A DNA stretch of 64,000 bases from Takakia lepidozioides (GCA_030704615.1 CM060731.1:94054001-94118000), one strand, 5' to 3'. Positions 1-13,571 are shown, numbered from the stretch's first letter. A program made the numbers and translations. The notes: generated by a model not told the origin, from the letters alone.

Positions 1-692
1 CAAGGCCTCCTCCCCCACGTTATCAAGAGAAGATGATACCAATCCACCACCATCCTGGCCTGCCCTTGGCACAGTCAGACTGGCTGCCATTTCAACTTCA
101 GACATTGCTATGTGACCATTACTTTCTGCCGCCACTCCTTCGGCAGCGGAGTCTCCGAAGTGCCTCCGCTCTCGGTGAGAAATACTGATAGTTGCCGCAG
201 GGTCGTCTGTTTCTGATCCCAAGATGCTAGATGAGGGCTCCAAAGATTCGTCTGCCACATCTAACCCCATTGGCCACAGAATCACCCCCCAGACGATGAA
301 GGTCTCAGCACGATGATTTGGCCCTGCCAGCTGCCTGCAGCCTAGCGCAAGGGCTCGGGCACCACTTAGACATCACCCTCAACACAATCTCGTTCTAAGA
401 TTGCAAATGGAAAGCTCCCAACCTTTTCTCTCTCCACTAACTTAATGCATATGGGCGATGCGGAGAATCTGGCAGCACACCATCCCATGCCACGCCATCA
501 AACACAAACCCCAACACAGACCATATGAATGGCTGTCAGTTGACCCCTACGCCCACAACTGCAACGAGTCTTGTGATTAGGGGGTAGGTTCACTTTTGTT
601 CTTAGTATTTTTGAAGACTCCCCGGACCTTCTTTTCTTTTCTTATAAAGACACATCATAAGATTCTCGGGTCACTAGGCTGACTCAGTGCCC

Positions 693-1250
693 CATCGTTG
701 TGATCCCACAGCTTGCTACTGAACCTCTATGCTCTTTTCTTCCATCATTGTGATCCCACAGCTTGCTACTAAACCTTTGTGCTTTTATCTTTCATCGTTG
801 TGATCCCACAGCTTGCTCCATGCGTTTTTTCTCCATCCTTGGGATCCCACACCTTGCTACTACGCCTCCATGTTTTTATTTCCATCATTGTGATCCCACA
901 ACTTGCTACTAATCCTCCGTGCCTTTTTCTTTTCATCCTAAGTGATCCCACAACTTGCTACTAAACCTGTATGCTTTTTTCCTTTCATCATTGTGATCCC
1001 ACAGCTTGCTACTACGTCTCCATGGTTTTTTGCTTTTCATCCTTGTGATCCCACAGCTTGCTTGTATGCCTCCATGCATTTTTTTCCTTTATATCTTTGT
1101 GATCCCACAACTTGCTACTATGTCTCCATGCGTTTTCTTTTTCCCCCATCATTGTGATCCTACATTTTAGTACTACGCCTCCATGCGTTTTTTTGTTTTT
1201 GTTTTTTCATCCTTGTGACTCCACAACCGTCCTTGCAGGATACTACACCT
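693..1250. repeat. Minisatellite, about 11 copies of a ~50-55 bp unit (core tgtgatcccacagcttgctact)
   Basis: Core recurs at about 699, 749, 799, 840, 889, 942, 992, 1044, 1098, 1153 and 1213. The intervening segments are themselves similar. Confidence 0.9.
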
Positions 1251-2053
1251 CCATGTTTATTATTATTATTATTATTATTACTACTACTTTATTTTATTTA
1301 AATGCTTCCTCCTATAGACTTGTCATGCAGGGGACGGGCGTCCATGCTTTATTTTTCCCCAAACCCCTGAAGATATTTAGTGTCAAAAGCTTCTATCTGC
1401 TATCCGATGATTTTTTGACTAATTACATGTAACTGCCCATTCAGATTGTTAGATTAATTGTATGATAAGTGCAAGCACTTCTTGTTGTGGCTTTACATGC
1501 TCATCCCACATATGGGGAGGTAAAAGAAGATTCATGCCAAAGCAAAACGCAACTTAAGGTGTCACTTCACTCCAAAAAGGCTATTGTCTTCCATTTGGAA
1601 AGTGGACACCTTCCCTTACCGAGCAAGGTGGTGCCCAAACCTCCCACCAAGGACTCCAGTACTACACAATAAGACCCACAAGAGCGACTCCCTCTTTATA
1701 GCTTGGGTGGCTATAATGGATAACATCCAACATACACCTATGTGCCTTTGAACCCACAACCACACATAAAGCAACCTTGTGCCCTAACCACTGGGCCATC
1801 TATTGGATGCCCATGTATAGGGATTGTAAAATCAGAGCCAAAAAGCAGCCCAAAAGCAACTACTGCTCAAGGGATGTCAAAGCCTCATGCAGGTAGCTGC
1901 CAAGCTTTCTGATCCTCATAATGGAGACTTCAGTGAGACATTGAGTTCCCCGGAATAGATAGTGGATTCTCCCACAGATCTGATAAATACAGAGGGCACT
2001 AAAAGAAGTGTTCTTCAGTTTCAATTTCCTGGTTGCACCTGGTGCAAGCTGGG

Positions 2054-5000
2054 GGCGCACATTAGAAAAGGCCCTGGAGTTTAATGCGAGCCCAAGGGTC
2101 CTGCCTGCGTGGCACCCCTCCTCGCCCCCGGCCGCGCCCCCCCCCAGGCTCCCGCGCGGCTCGCGGTCGCCGCGGCCCGGGACCCCCTCGCCGCCCCGGC
2201 CCCGCCCCTCGCCCCCAGCCGTGACACATGAATCGCATGATTCATGTGTTGCAACCATCCCATCATAACATGAGGCCGCACATAGCCATTGCAGGCCGTA
2301 GGTGATCGCAATCATCATGCTCGCATTCCAGCAGCTGGAGGATTCTTCAGGACGTGTTGTAGAGGTTTTGCAGTGAAGGCCGATATGGGGAAACAATCCA
2401 GCATGCGCGAAACGCGTCGGACGTACGTTGGATGGATCTCTGGGAGTGCACCCGGAGGAGGCTGGCTCGAAACTTTTATTAATCTGGATTCTTGCTTCTT
2501 CCAATGCTGTGGTTTCTCAATTGCTTCTACTTCTGGCCTGTATTGCGACACCGAGAAGCGGAGCCTCTCATACATCCTTGTATGGTTACTTTTCCCCTTG
2601 GTACTTGCTTATCGTCATTGCCTGTAGTGAGTCCTAGGTTTTGTGGGTCGTTCACTTTTTAGGGTCAGCGCTTGTGGCCCTTGTACTAACTTAGGTTAAT
2701 TTCAAGTAGTACTTTTCGAAGGTCTTGAAGAATTGTTCCTGGAATTGTTTGGTGATAGTTTCTAGCCAGGGTCGAGTTTTGGGAAGATGGCAGTCCGCTC
2801 TCGGACATCTGACTCAATTCGAGATTTGTTTGTAGACGCACAGTGCCTTTCCAGAGCTGCTTGGGTGGTATGTGTGTCGAGGATAGTAGCTTCATGTCTT
2901 CATACTACTTTTCTTTTGGATTATTTCATGCAGTTCAGAAAATTTCTCATCTTACATCATGCCACAATCATGGCAGTCTGTGAGACCATATCTCGTTTTT
3001 CAACCTGCATTCAGTTGGATCCCCCACCGTCTGGTATTTCTCAATAGAACCGCCCACACCAGCAGTCCACACATAAGTTCGACTCCAATCTAGAGTTTAT
3101 GATGTTGGGTTGTATACTCAAAACTCTTTATGGAGTGCATGTAACCAGCATTGCAGACAGGCATGTGAAGGAGAGGTAGAGAGGAGGGACTGGGGGGGGG
3201 TGGTACAGCTTGAAAGAAACTCTCGCTTTTCCTATTCAATGTTGTAGTTGACTCATGTGCCTGGGAAAGGTGAATAACAGCCACATCCGGTTTGGTGGAG
3301 AGTTGACTGGGAACAGATGTGGTGCGATCAGGGGTGGGATGTCTTCTCTTTAGTGCGGTCCTTCTCTCCTGGGCCCTTACATTTTCTTTGGGTGGTGAGC
3401 ACCTATTTGGGTATGCTTGGAAGCACATGGCTGTCTACGATGTGGCTGATAAATACGAAATGGTACTGTCCTTGTCCTCCCTGCAAATGTATTCTTCTGT
3501 GCATGGTGGGTGTTCTTATTCTCTTGATAGGCTCATACAATGGCAGATCCTCTCTGTTTTGTCGACTTCTTTTGAACCCCTGTTACTACCCACCTTGCAA
3601 ATAGCAAGGCTCTGTGTGGCTTCCTCAGAAACTGGGCCTAGTTATCAGCACATCGGATAATGAAGTGGTTGGATTGCATTCAAATTGCAGAACCACAAGG
3701 GTTGAATTGTTTTTCCATGTTGGCAGTGGTGCTACAAAGCCCTCCATTGGCAGGTCTTTCCAAAGTCGGTGCATAGTTTTTGTAATTTTCTCCGGATGGC
3801 TTGCAAGGTTGTGTGTGGTTTCCTTAGGAACTGGGCATGGTCATCAGCCCATCATACTTGGACTGTTACTCAAATTGTTTGCTCTCTGTTGTTGACTTGC
3901 TGGAGGCCTATTGATTCCATTTTCATTGCAAGTGTGAGGTAAGGAAGGGCGTTGGCTCGTAATGTTTACTTCATCCAGCTACTTGTTCCACTGTTAAAAT
4001 TCATTCAATTTTTGGGAGCACTGTCATATGCCACAAATGTGCTCAGTTGGACAGTATTTTGACATGGACCACAAAGCAATCTGCATTCTGCATTCTTGGG
4101 AGGCCCTAAACCGTCAAGAGTTGGTAATGTGCGTGGGGATGTTGCCATCAGCTTCTCATGTGTTACTTCTCAGAAGAAGCAACACACTACAAGATGAAGG
4201 CCCTACAGGTGAAGATGTGGAAACTGTGCTTGAGCTTGAGCAGCGTACTTATGAGAATGGATAGCAGGTCCGTATCTTGTTCACGAATGTTTGAAGGAAC
4301 GGACATCTGAGTGAATAGTTGTTTAAATTGCGGTTTAGCAATTGTTTTTATCTGTGGGGCCAAAGCCGATTGTTGAAAGATGGTGTCAAGAGTGTTTCAT
4401 TTCTGTCATTGATAGGATCTGCATTACCTTGTATTGTTGTCTGTAAGCATAGGGAGTGCTGAATAGAGTTGTCTACATGTATGTGCTGAATTGAGCTTGT
4501 ATGCTCAAATTCTTTCTGGTTCAGGTTCGAAGCCTTGGTTCACTTGGAAGCAACGAATCACCAGTGGAATAGCTGAATTAGGAACATGGGTAGAGTGTGA
4601 GTTCGGATTCATCCAAGGGAGTCCGATTTCAAGCACAGGTTTATCTAGGATTCCAGCCTGCAGCCCTGGCGAAGAGTGCAGAGGTCCATGGTGACATCAT
4701 CGAAGCTGGAATTGTGTACTAGATGTCATTTTGACCACTGCCCTGCTGGACAACTATGCCAAATGGGAGTCGGCAGCCCTGGAGAAGGGGAATGTGGTCT
4801 GTGGTAACATTGGCAAAGCTGGAATTATACCATATGACATTCTAAACAGTGCCCTGCCAGACATGTATGCCGAATGCATGCCGGCAGCCCTGGAGAAGGG
4901 GGGAAGAGGTTTATGGGGACATCGTTGAAGCTGGAATTGTGGAAGATGTCATTCTGAACACTGCCCTGCTGGACAAGTGTGTCACATGGGAGCTGACAGC

Positions 5001-8000
5001 CCTGGAGAAGGGGAAAGAGGTCCGTGGTGACATCGCCGAAGTTGGAATTGTGCCAGATGTCATTCTAAACACCACCCTGTTGGACATGTATGCAAAATGG
5101 GAGTTGGCAGTCCTGGAGAAGGGGGAAAGAGGTCCATGGGAGCATCATGAAGGCTGGAATTGTGCAAGATGTCATTATAAACACTGCCTTGATGGACATG
5201 TATGCTGAATGTGAGGCAGCAGTCCTGGAGAAGGGGAAAGAGGTCCATGGTGACATCGGCAAAGTTGGAATTGTGCCAAATGTCATTCTGAACACCAACC
5301 TGCTGGACAAGTATGCCAAATGGGAGTCGGCAGCCCTGGAGAAGGGAAAAGAGGTCCGTGGTGACCTTGTCAAAGCTGGAATTATACCAGATGTCATCTT
5401 GTACGCTGCCCCGGTAGACATGTATGCCAAATGCAAGCCGGCAGCCCAAGAGAAGGGGGGAAGAGGTCCATGGGACATTGTCAAAGCTAATTTGCGTATA
5501 ATTTTTTGTACCGTCCGGATTATAAAGAGGTGGTTCATGCAGGTAGTTCTGGTTGCAGCAGGGGTACTTGGTTTTGGAGCTGTCTTGTGGCGTTATTCTG
5601 CAAGGACTTGAATTCTTGCCATGGGCTTGTAATGTCTCAAGTAGTTTAATGCCAGGATATTTATCTAATCAGATTCATACATCAATTTTGGTTGCCTCGT
5701 CTTCTGAAACTGGGGGAATTATATGATAGAGTGGCGACTGCAAAAATGCCACACCATTTGTAGGATTCCACACCAAAATAAAAATGTCCGAAGAGATTAT
5801 CCGTTTCTTTTGTTGCTCGCAATGTGACCACTCAGATATGTTTTGGTTCAGAGTGGGCACATGCAAAGCTATTTTCCTTCTCTGTCTGTCCTCCATTTGT
5901 CTCTCTGCCATGAGGTGCAGTCCATGGCAAGTAATCTCTGATATGAAGGATCCTCTTTTTATAAGTAGGCTTAGCATTGGGTTCATGTTGACAGACAACA
6001 TACATGCCTCTGGGTCTGGCCACTTGTTGTATTCCCAGAATTTCTCAGGGGCAAGTGGTATTTCAACCATATGTGAGCAGGTCAAAGGCATTAGACAAAA
6101 GACTAGCACCTAGAGCCATTGTGCAAAAGCTGGCTTTCTTCCCAACAAAAGCACAAGTTTCCACATCATCAGTGTGAATAATTTTTTGTTTGACCTGCAG
6201 ATGTAAGGACACAAGGATTCTAGTCTAGCAAATATCTAAAGCAAACATCCGAAACTGGGGTAGAAAACCGCTTGTGCACAATTCCTTCCTGCAGATATAT
6301 GAACATTGTTGCATCTGTCATGGGGATTTGGTCTAGAGTCTTCAAAAGAAAGGGCTGCAGAACGTGTTAAACAAAGTAACATACATAAATTCGTATTGTT
6401 GGGCCTAGTTTTATGCCAAAGTCGCTAGGCTACATATCTTGCAAAATGCCCCATCAACTTGCCAGTGCCCCAGAAGGTGTTACACAAAGTAACCTACAAC
6501 TATTGAAATTGCTATAGCCTATTTTCCTACCAAAGTCACTAGCCTGCATATGTTGCAAACTACCCATACCCTGGCCAGCAGCCTCACTGTGGGAAGGTTG
6601 AGCCCCATGATGTCTTGTATCTGTATTCATACGTCCATGATAATGCCTTAGACTTCAGATTTCAACCATTTTCAATCACAATGTATGAATGTCAGTGAGA
6701 TTGAAATGCCATATAAGATAATAACAAGCATTGTACATGCCAGAATCAACCGTATATGTACATGTGCCGGAACTCTGAAGTTACAAAAACATTAAACATA
6801 TAGCACCTCATACATACAGGTTTCGTCTATTTTTTGTGTGGTCGAGTCTTCAAGCCAGCAGCTGTCGTATTCTTTGCTGTAGATAGCCTCTCAGCCACTG
6901 GTTTAATATGTCTTTATGTTTCTTTGCAGGAGATTCTCTGTTGTGGCCACGTGCAGTCATGCTTTTTAGAAAGTGCTGCTGGAGATAATGCATCATCCTC
7001 AACAATGGAGGCATCAACCACACCTGCTGGGATCAGATTCTGTGCCCATTGTACCACCAAATCACCATGAAAATTTGAGGGGCTAGGCTCTGAAGTTTCA
7101 AAATCTTCCAAAGAGTCCTCATCCATGTTCAACTGTTTTTTGGACAAATTGTGGAACTCTTTGCATGGAGGTTTGATGTGGCCAGCCTGTGGCCCAACTC
7201 AGAACTGGTACGGACAAGGGGAATCCGACTGTTTCACCTCTTGAGCCTGTCGATTTGCTTTCTTTGTAGTGGTCATGCCAACAAACGGGCTGATTGTTGT
7301 GGACCTTGTAGCTCCAGCAGGGTGAAATGCCTATCTACTGCCTGAAAACGAAATGGATGTATTTGTTGGACCTGCCCCCAACCCACATACAAAGATGCTC
7401 GAAATGAAACAGAGCTTTATCAATGATGCCTACAACATCAAACTACATTCCGTTACTATTACACCAAGGGGACTCAGGCACTCATGCATTCATGGAAATT
7501 ACTGAATAGTCCTTGTAATACATGATCGGCAGACCTATGTACCTTGTTATAGTCAAAGCACTGTTGGTGCGAGGAGCTAAGAGAGATCCCTCCGGACAGC
7601 CTCTTTGTTTGATGCATGTGGAAAGTGCATGGGCCATCTGCATGGGAGGACTCCCCAGTAATGAAATCAGCAACGCGATTCCATGGAATGTAGGCGACTT
7701 GGGCTGAGTTTTACCACGAGGCTTGCCCGTGCCATTGGAAACGCCACTGCAGTACATGATGGTTGAAAGCACCTGCATTAAGCATTTGCACTTTTTCGAA
7801 AGCAGCAAAACGAGATGGGACACAATTTCTTCAGATTTCTCGCCAACATAGAGAGAGAGAGAAGACTCCGGCCGAAGCCAGCGTAACTAAGAGCCATTTC
7901 ATCTTTCGGCTACTGCATGTCGATATACAAACAGAGGAGGTCCGGCTGATAGAGCCTGCACATATGCTTTCCCGGTCAGAACAGTTTTAGACGCCGATGA

Positions 8001-8479
8001 AATGAAGGTGAGGATTGGAGGTCGCCTATCATTACAAATACTTCCTAGTCTCATCCATCCATACCTAGACACATCCATCCTAAATCCTAGAAATAGACCT
8101 CACAGGATTGTTCTGAACAATCGTGTCCATAAAATAATACTAGATTTCAAATTTCAACATGTGTAGCCATGTGTAACCATGCATGTGTTGGCTTCACTCT
8201 TCACTCCCACTATGGTCATCATGTTAGGAACATCACCAGATGTGACATCTGCTGTAGTTTGACATGAATCATGTGTTGTGATGACGGCTAGCGGGCGGGG
8301 CGGCCCTGGGCGGGGGTGGAGGGGCGGGGTGGCGGGGGAGGACGTGGGGGTCCCGGGCCACGGTAACCGCAAACCGCGCATGAGCCGGCGAAGTGGGTGC
8401 GTCTGGGGGCGTGGGGGGTGCCACGCAGGCAGGACCCTTGGACCCGCATTAAACTCCAGGGCCTTTTCTAATGTGCGCC
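2054..8479. mobile_element. Non-autonomous Mutator-like (Pack-MULE-type) element
   Basis: GC-rich TIRs of ~200 bp: ggcgcacattagaaaaggccctggagtttaatgcg at 2054 and its reverse complement ending at 8479. Perfect 9-bp TSD caagctggg at 2045-2053 and 8480-8488 (7-bp reading also possible). No transposase recognised; carries PPR fragments. Confidence 0.85.
4661..5490 (+). pseudogene. Tandem array (~7.5 x 111 bp) of a PPR-derived unit (L-motif end plus S-motif start)
   Basis: Unit AALEKGKEVHGDIVKAGIVPDVILNTALLDMYAK(W/C)E starts at about 4662, 4773, 4884, 4996, 5107, 5219, 5330 and 5441. Frameshifts between ORFs 4731, 4849 and 5090. Confidence 0.9.
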
Positions 8480-8724
8480 CAAGCTGGGCATAGGCAGTCT
8501 TCCCGTTGCAGGAAAAGAAATAGAATCAAATGAAATGGAACTTAAAACATCCGTAGAAAGCTCAAAGAGCTTATGGGACAAAAGAAAAACAAGAAACAAG
8601 AAGGAATGAAATGAAATGGTACTTTATAACGTCCGCGGGAAGCTCCAAGAGCTTATGGGACAAAATGGAAAAAAACAAGAGAGAGGCTCGACAAAACCAG
8701 AGCCAAAAATCAGCCCAAAAGCAA

Positions 8725-9340
8725 CTACTGCTCAAGGGATTGCCTAAGGGTCAAGGCCTCGTGCAGGTAAGTTGCCAAGCATTTCTGATACTCATACCCG
8801 CGTCCCTGCTGTGCATACCCTGCAATCATCGCGTTCCACGACACCACATTTCGTTCAGCCATATTGTTGAACACTGCCTTCGCATCCTTAATGCACCCAC
8901 ATTTGGCATACATGTCCACGAGGGCAGAGTTCAGAATGACATCTAGTACAATTCCAGCTTTGACGATGTCACCATGGACCTCTTTCCCCTTTTCCAGGGC
9001 TCCCAGGCTTGCACACGCATTGCAAACACAAACAAACGTGATGTGGTTGGGCTTCACCCTTTCGCGCATCATTTACTCGTAGGTCTCCAAAGCATCCCAT
9101 GCTTGGTAAATCCTGCCAACATTATATTCCACGTGATCAAAGATCGTTGAGGCATTCTGTTGAACACTTGGTGAGCATCCATGATGCTCCCGCACTTAAC
9201 ATACATGTTGACAAGGGTATTGAGTAGAAAAACATTTGGCGTGAATCCACTTTGGATAATGTGAGTGTGCACCTACTTTCCAGCTTCCAGGCCTTTCATC
9301 TTGATGCACTTATGCAAGAGACAGACATACGCATCATCGT
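8725..9340 (-). pseudogene. Truncated PLS-class pentatricopeptide repeat gene (N-terminal motifs)
   Basis: YVCLLHKCIKMKGLEAGK*VHTHIIQSGFTPNVFLLNTLVNMYVKCGSIMDAHQVFNRMPQRSLITWNIMLAGF...VKPNHITFVCVCNACASLGALEKGKEVH...RNVVSWNAMIAGYAQQG, with a stop and a frameshift. Confidence 0.88.
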
Positions 9341-10810
9341 CATGAGTCTGTCCTTGTGTCTGATCCAAGAACCTTTTTTTGTTGGTGTAGGGGGGCTTCG
9401 CTATCATGGTATGGCACCATTGGTATCACATGTCTTCAACTTGGGGCTCGTGGAGGCACTTGCAATCCCCCAGACTGAGTGCTTTGAAGTTGTCATTCTC
9501 TTACCAGCTTAACACAAATTTCATCGTTTGCAACAGATATTTCTACACAGACATGTCCTTTGAAGTTTGAACTTTTATAGTTGACCTATAGCTCTTTGCC
9601 ATAAATGCAAGGCCACATAAATTCAGATTCTTGGCATATTTAGAGACACAACAAGGCTGAATTAGGGTTGTTGTCTGCTGAAGCTTGTTTTTAGCAATTG
9701 TTTTGGATGGCTGTTGCGTCTGGCCTTATCCCCTTACCCCAAATTATTCTCACTCAAGAAATTCACTGCAACTGCAAACCAAGGTCTGGTTCTTATCTCA
9801 GATGTTAAGAAAGGGCCATGTAGATCTGTTTGTTGGCTTAACATGTTGGAAACGTGGATTGTGCAGGGGCTTTGAAGTTTGCACACACTGAGGGCATCAT
9901 AGTCACTGAGTTTGCACAATTCCCTCGCACTGCAACACTCTCGCTGCACCCGCAAAGCATCCATGATCTCATAATGCTACAACATCATGACCACCAATTC
10001 CCACACCATCTCCCTCTACAAGTGATATCTACGTAATGCGCTAAGATTAGCTCCTACCTCTGCATCCGCTCATTGAAACTCTGCGGGATCTGCCTGCTCC
10101 TCAACAACTACACTACTCCACAGCTCACCCACCTCTCTCTCAACATTCCACATGACCCCCCAATCCAACCGCCCCACCTGCCTAAGCTTATAAGGAGCCA
10201 CGTACCTACGTCAAATAAAATAAAATCCCACCCCAATCATAACTCAATAACGCGCCAACGCCATTTTATCCATATTATACATCCAGTTACCGCCATTTCA
10301 CCTGTCTTGTCCTCCTGTTTTCTAATCCCTCATCCGTGCCCCATCACAAACACGTCCAACGACCATCATCCGTGCTACTCGTCTTGTCATCCTAGAGCAC
10401 CTCTATTAAGGACCACAACCCTCATCCAACTCCCACCCATCCATCCCCAAATATACCCCCCCCCCCCCTATTTGCCCTAATGATCATTACTGGGCGTTTG
10501 GTGGGAGAGTTGAAGAGTGGGGTGTACCTAAGTTCGGGGACATTATATACGGTGTGGTACAAGAGTTGGTATTGGGTGGGGGGCATATTTGTATTAAATG
10601 TATAGGAGCACCAATTCGTGGTATGGGGGTAGGTGGTAATTGTGAGCTGGGATTGTGGGCACGAAGTTATTAAATAGTCATGACGCCCATGTAGGTAGCT
10701 TTTGGGAGGTATGCGGCAGGAAAGGGGAGGAGAATACGTAGGGTTGGGTGGGTGTATAATGTAGGGTCGGAGAGGGGTTCGGGTGGGGGGGGAGGGCGGG
10801 GGGGGGGGGA

Positions 10811-11726
10811 TCAATATATGAAGGAAGCCAGTTTGTTTGTTTTGTTTGTAGCGTCGTTGAGATCTCCCAAACCGCGGGGCCCCGGCGCCGGTGCTTGGTG
10901 CCGTTGGAAAGCCCTCGATGAGAAGAGGTGCACCGGCTTGGTCTCATGATTTTTGGACCCGCGGTGTGGGAGATACGGAATTTCAAGTGCTTTGGGTCGC
11001 TGGAAATTCGGGAAAAATAGCAAAAATGGCAAAGTGGGCTTTCTTGGGACAATGGTTGGAGCCTCGACGGGAGAGATATTAAGGGAAAGGTCTCCGGTTC
11101 AAATCTGGTCGTAGGCTCTCTAAAAAAAAAATGATTAGATATGGGATTGCACTTGGACTTATATGACATTGGACACTTGGGCTTGTACTTGGATACATGA
11201 ATAGAAGATTGCACTTGGGCTTAGATTTCAATTCTTCACACATGGGCCAACGGCATAGGCTATACTAGAGGTCGCACTTGGGCCTCGACATAGGAGACCA
11301 CTTGGGTACATAAGAAATTGCACTTGGGCTTAGATTTCAATTCTTCACACATAGGCCTTGACATAGGAGACGCTACTTGAATACATCGGGGATTGCACTT
11401 GGACTTAGATTTCAATTCTTAACACATGGGCCAATGGCGCAGGCTACCCTAGGCCTAGATCTCCCAAAGAGGAGGGTCTCTAGATACATAGGGGATACAT
11501 AGGGTATAGGCTATCCTAGAGGTTGCACTTGGGCCTCGACATAGGAGACGCATTGGGATACATACAAGATCTTACACTTGGACTTAGATGACACTTGACA
11601 CTTGGGCCCACGGCACATGCTACCCTAGAGGTCACATTTGGGCCTCGACATAGGAGATGCACTTGGATACATAGGGGATTGCACTTGGACTTAGATGACT
11701 TGGGCCAACGGCACAGGCTACCCTAG
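10811..11726 (+). mobile_element. Non-autonomous Helitron with reiterated 3' termini
   Basis: 5' A|TC start (tcaatatatgaaggaagccagtttgtttg). 3' end gggccaacggcacaggctaccCTAG|T. The same terminal motif recurs at about 11245, 11428, 11505 and 11602. Confidence 0.7.
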
Positions 11727-11828
11727 TTAAATATTTATATCAAACCCACCATATGGGCATCCATACTAACTCCCACACATTAAACCCTGTCATACACGCC
11801 TCAACGACTAGCTCCACTCTTATCCACT

Positions 11829-13105
11829 ATGTTACCCCTAATATTACCCCCTACATACACTCTTATAATATCTAACCCCCCATACATACGTACTCTATGG
11901 CCACTCAAAATCCACTTTGTAACCCACCACCCGCACGGTAGATATCCCCAAAAACCCCTTGCATCAAAACACTCCACCCATCACTCGCCATCATACCACA
12001 AAACCTATACACTAACATGCACAACACTTATACTTTTACACTGCGGTGACATCCACCCAAACCCAGGTCCCCTCACCATCACCAACATCATTAACAAACT
12101 CCCACGCGACTCGCAAGAAAGATATGCATTATACTTCCAGGAAAACACTGTCTCACTCGTACCTGCATATCAACACCTATACGACCACTTCTCCCCCTTT
12201 CTTCTCAACCCATCCACCAACAACCACAAACCCACACAACCAATTGCCACCTTTGGGCTTGCCACTTGTCAGCACCCGTTACTTGTCAGTGTCATCCATC
12301 AACTTAATACATACCCAAAGCAACACCTTTTCTTTTCACTAATTGTCATCATCTCCCCAATCCCCTCAATATGCAATGATTACTTTAGAACCCATCCGGT
12401 CACACACATACACTCTCTCCTACAACAATTGCATGAATTACCCGCACAAACCCATAACTACCTAGCACCACCACACTTCTTACACAATCTCCACGAATCC
12501 CTCCACCTCCTACAAACCAAGCCTGGAGAAGTCCATAAAATACTGGGTGAACACTTAGCACATCCAACCACAACCACACACGAGCCGGATATTATCACAA
12601 CTGACCACCAGCATTCAAAGCCTAATTCATCTCCTCACAGACTCTGCACCCCCGCATATCATTTTATTACAAGAAACTAAACTCAACACAAATACCCCCA
12701 ATAGTTCATATATCAATAAACTTCTCCCAACATACTACATGCTCTACGGCAACCCCCTCTCCGCTGCACAATGTCTAGTCACACGCTCCGCACCATACCA
12801 CCCCACCCAGAGCGGGGTCGCATTCGGTATCCTCCGTACACATCACTCCCCTAATACCATGGTTAAGATACCTGTTGATCTCCCCCTTTGTTCACACCTC
12901 CAAATCATCAAACTACATCTTTCCGTGCTCCCCCCATTATCCTTATACATCTATACATGCCCTCACACATAGACGATCTCCCTTTGATACCTGATATTTT
13001 ACTCACAATCTCAAACACACTCACCCAGCCCTCGACCTATCCCCAACACTATATTCTAGCAGGCGACTTCAACAGAGACATTGCCCTCCTGGGCCACACA
13101 TATAA
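11829..13105 (+). pseudogene. Non-LTR retrotransposon ORF relic: 2A-like motif plus APE endonuclease fragment
   Basis: LLHCGDIHPNPGP, then APE-like motifs GVAFGI, IILIHLYMPS and YILAGDFNRD. Stops and frameshifts; C/A-rich sense strand. Confidence 0.7.
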
Positions 13106-13109
13106 TGGC

Positions 13110-13571
13110 GCAGGAAGCAGTCGCAAGGTTGTCTGTGATGTGGCGCATGAGCTACGCGCCCATAGTCATACACGCTGGCGACAGTGAATGACTAAACGGA
13201 CAGTGTAGTCCATGTCAGCCGTTGTGTAAGAGAGACACGTGCTTGATAGAAAAAATGACACGTGGCATAGTGCGCGCTTTCCATGACTGTGATGGCGTCG
13301 CAGTCTGACACGTGGCGTGTTCTGTAGAGAGCACGTGTCTCTCTTACACAGCGGCTGACATGGACCCGTTCAGTCATTAAGTAAAGCCAGCGTGTATGAC
13401 TACCCCCACAGCTGCTCAGGTGCCACGTCACAGCCAGGCTGGCGAGTCATATCTGCCATGCCACAACTGACTAGGGTTTTACGACTGCAGAGTCTTGAAG
13501 TCGTAAATGGCTTTTATAACTGCATTTGCAGCCATAACACAGAGTCGTAAAAGCCGCAATCTGTTGTAGTG
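13110..13571. mobile_element. CACTA-like DNA transposon end with internal inverted repeat
   Basis: Ends in ...gcaatctgttgTAGTG (reverse complement CACTACAACAG). Subterminal gtcgtaa/tacgac motifs. Inverted arms of ~80 bp at 13163-13243 and 13330-13402. Other TIR not found. Confidence 0.55.

Noticed and set aside
693-1250. CRISPR-like repeat/spacer pattern
   Set aside because: The 'spacers' are homologous to each other, the context is eukaryotic and there are no cas genes; it is a minisatellite.
1860-2504. GC-rich ORFs over 2008-2504 and 8154-8493
   Set aside because: They span the MULE TIRs and are open because of GC richness.
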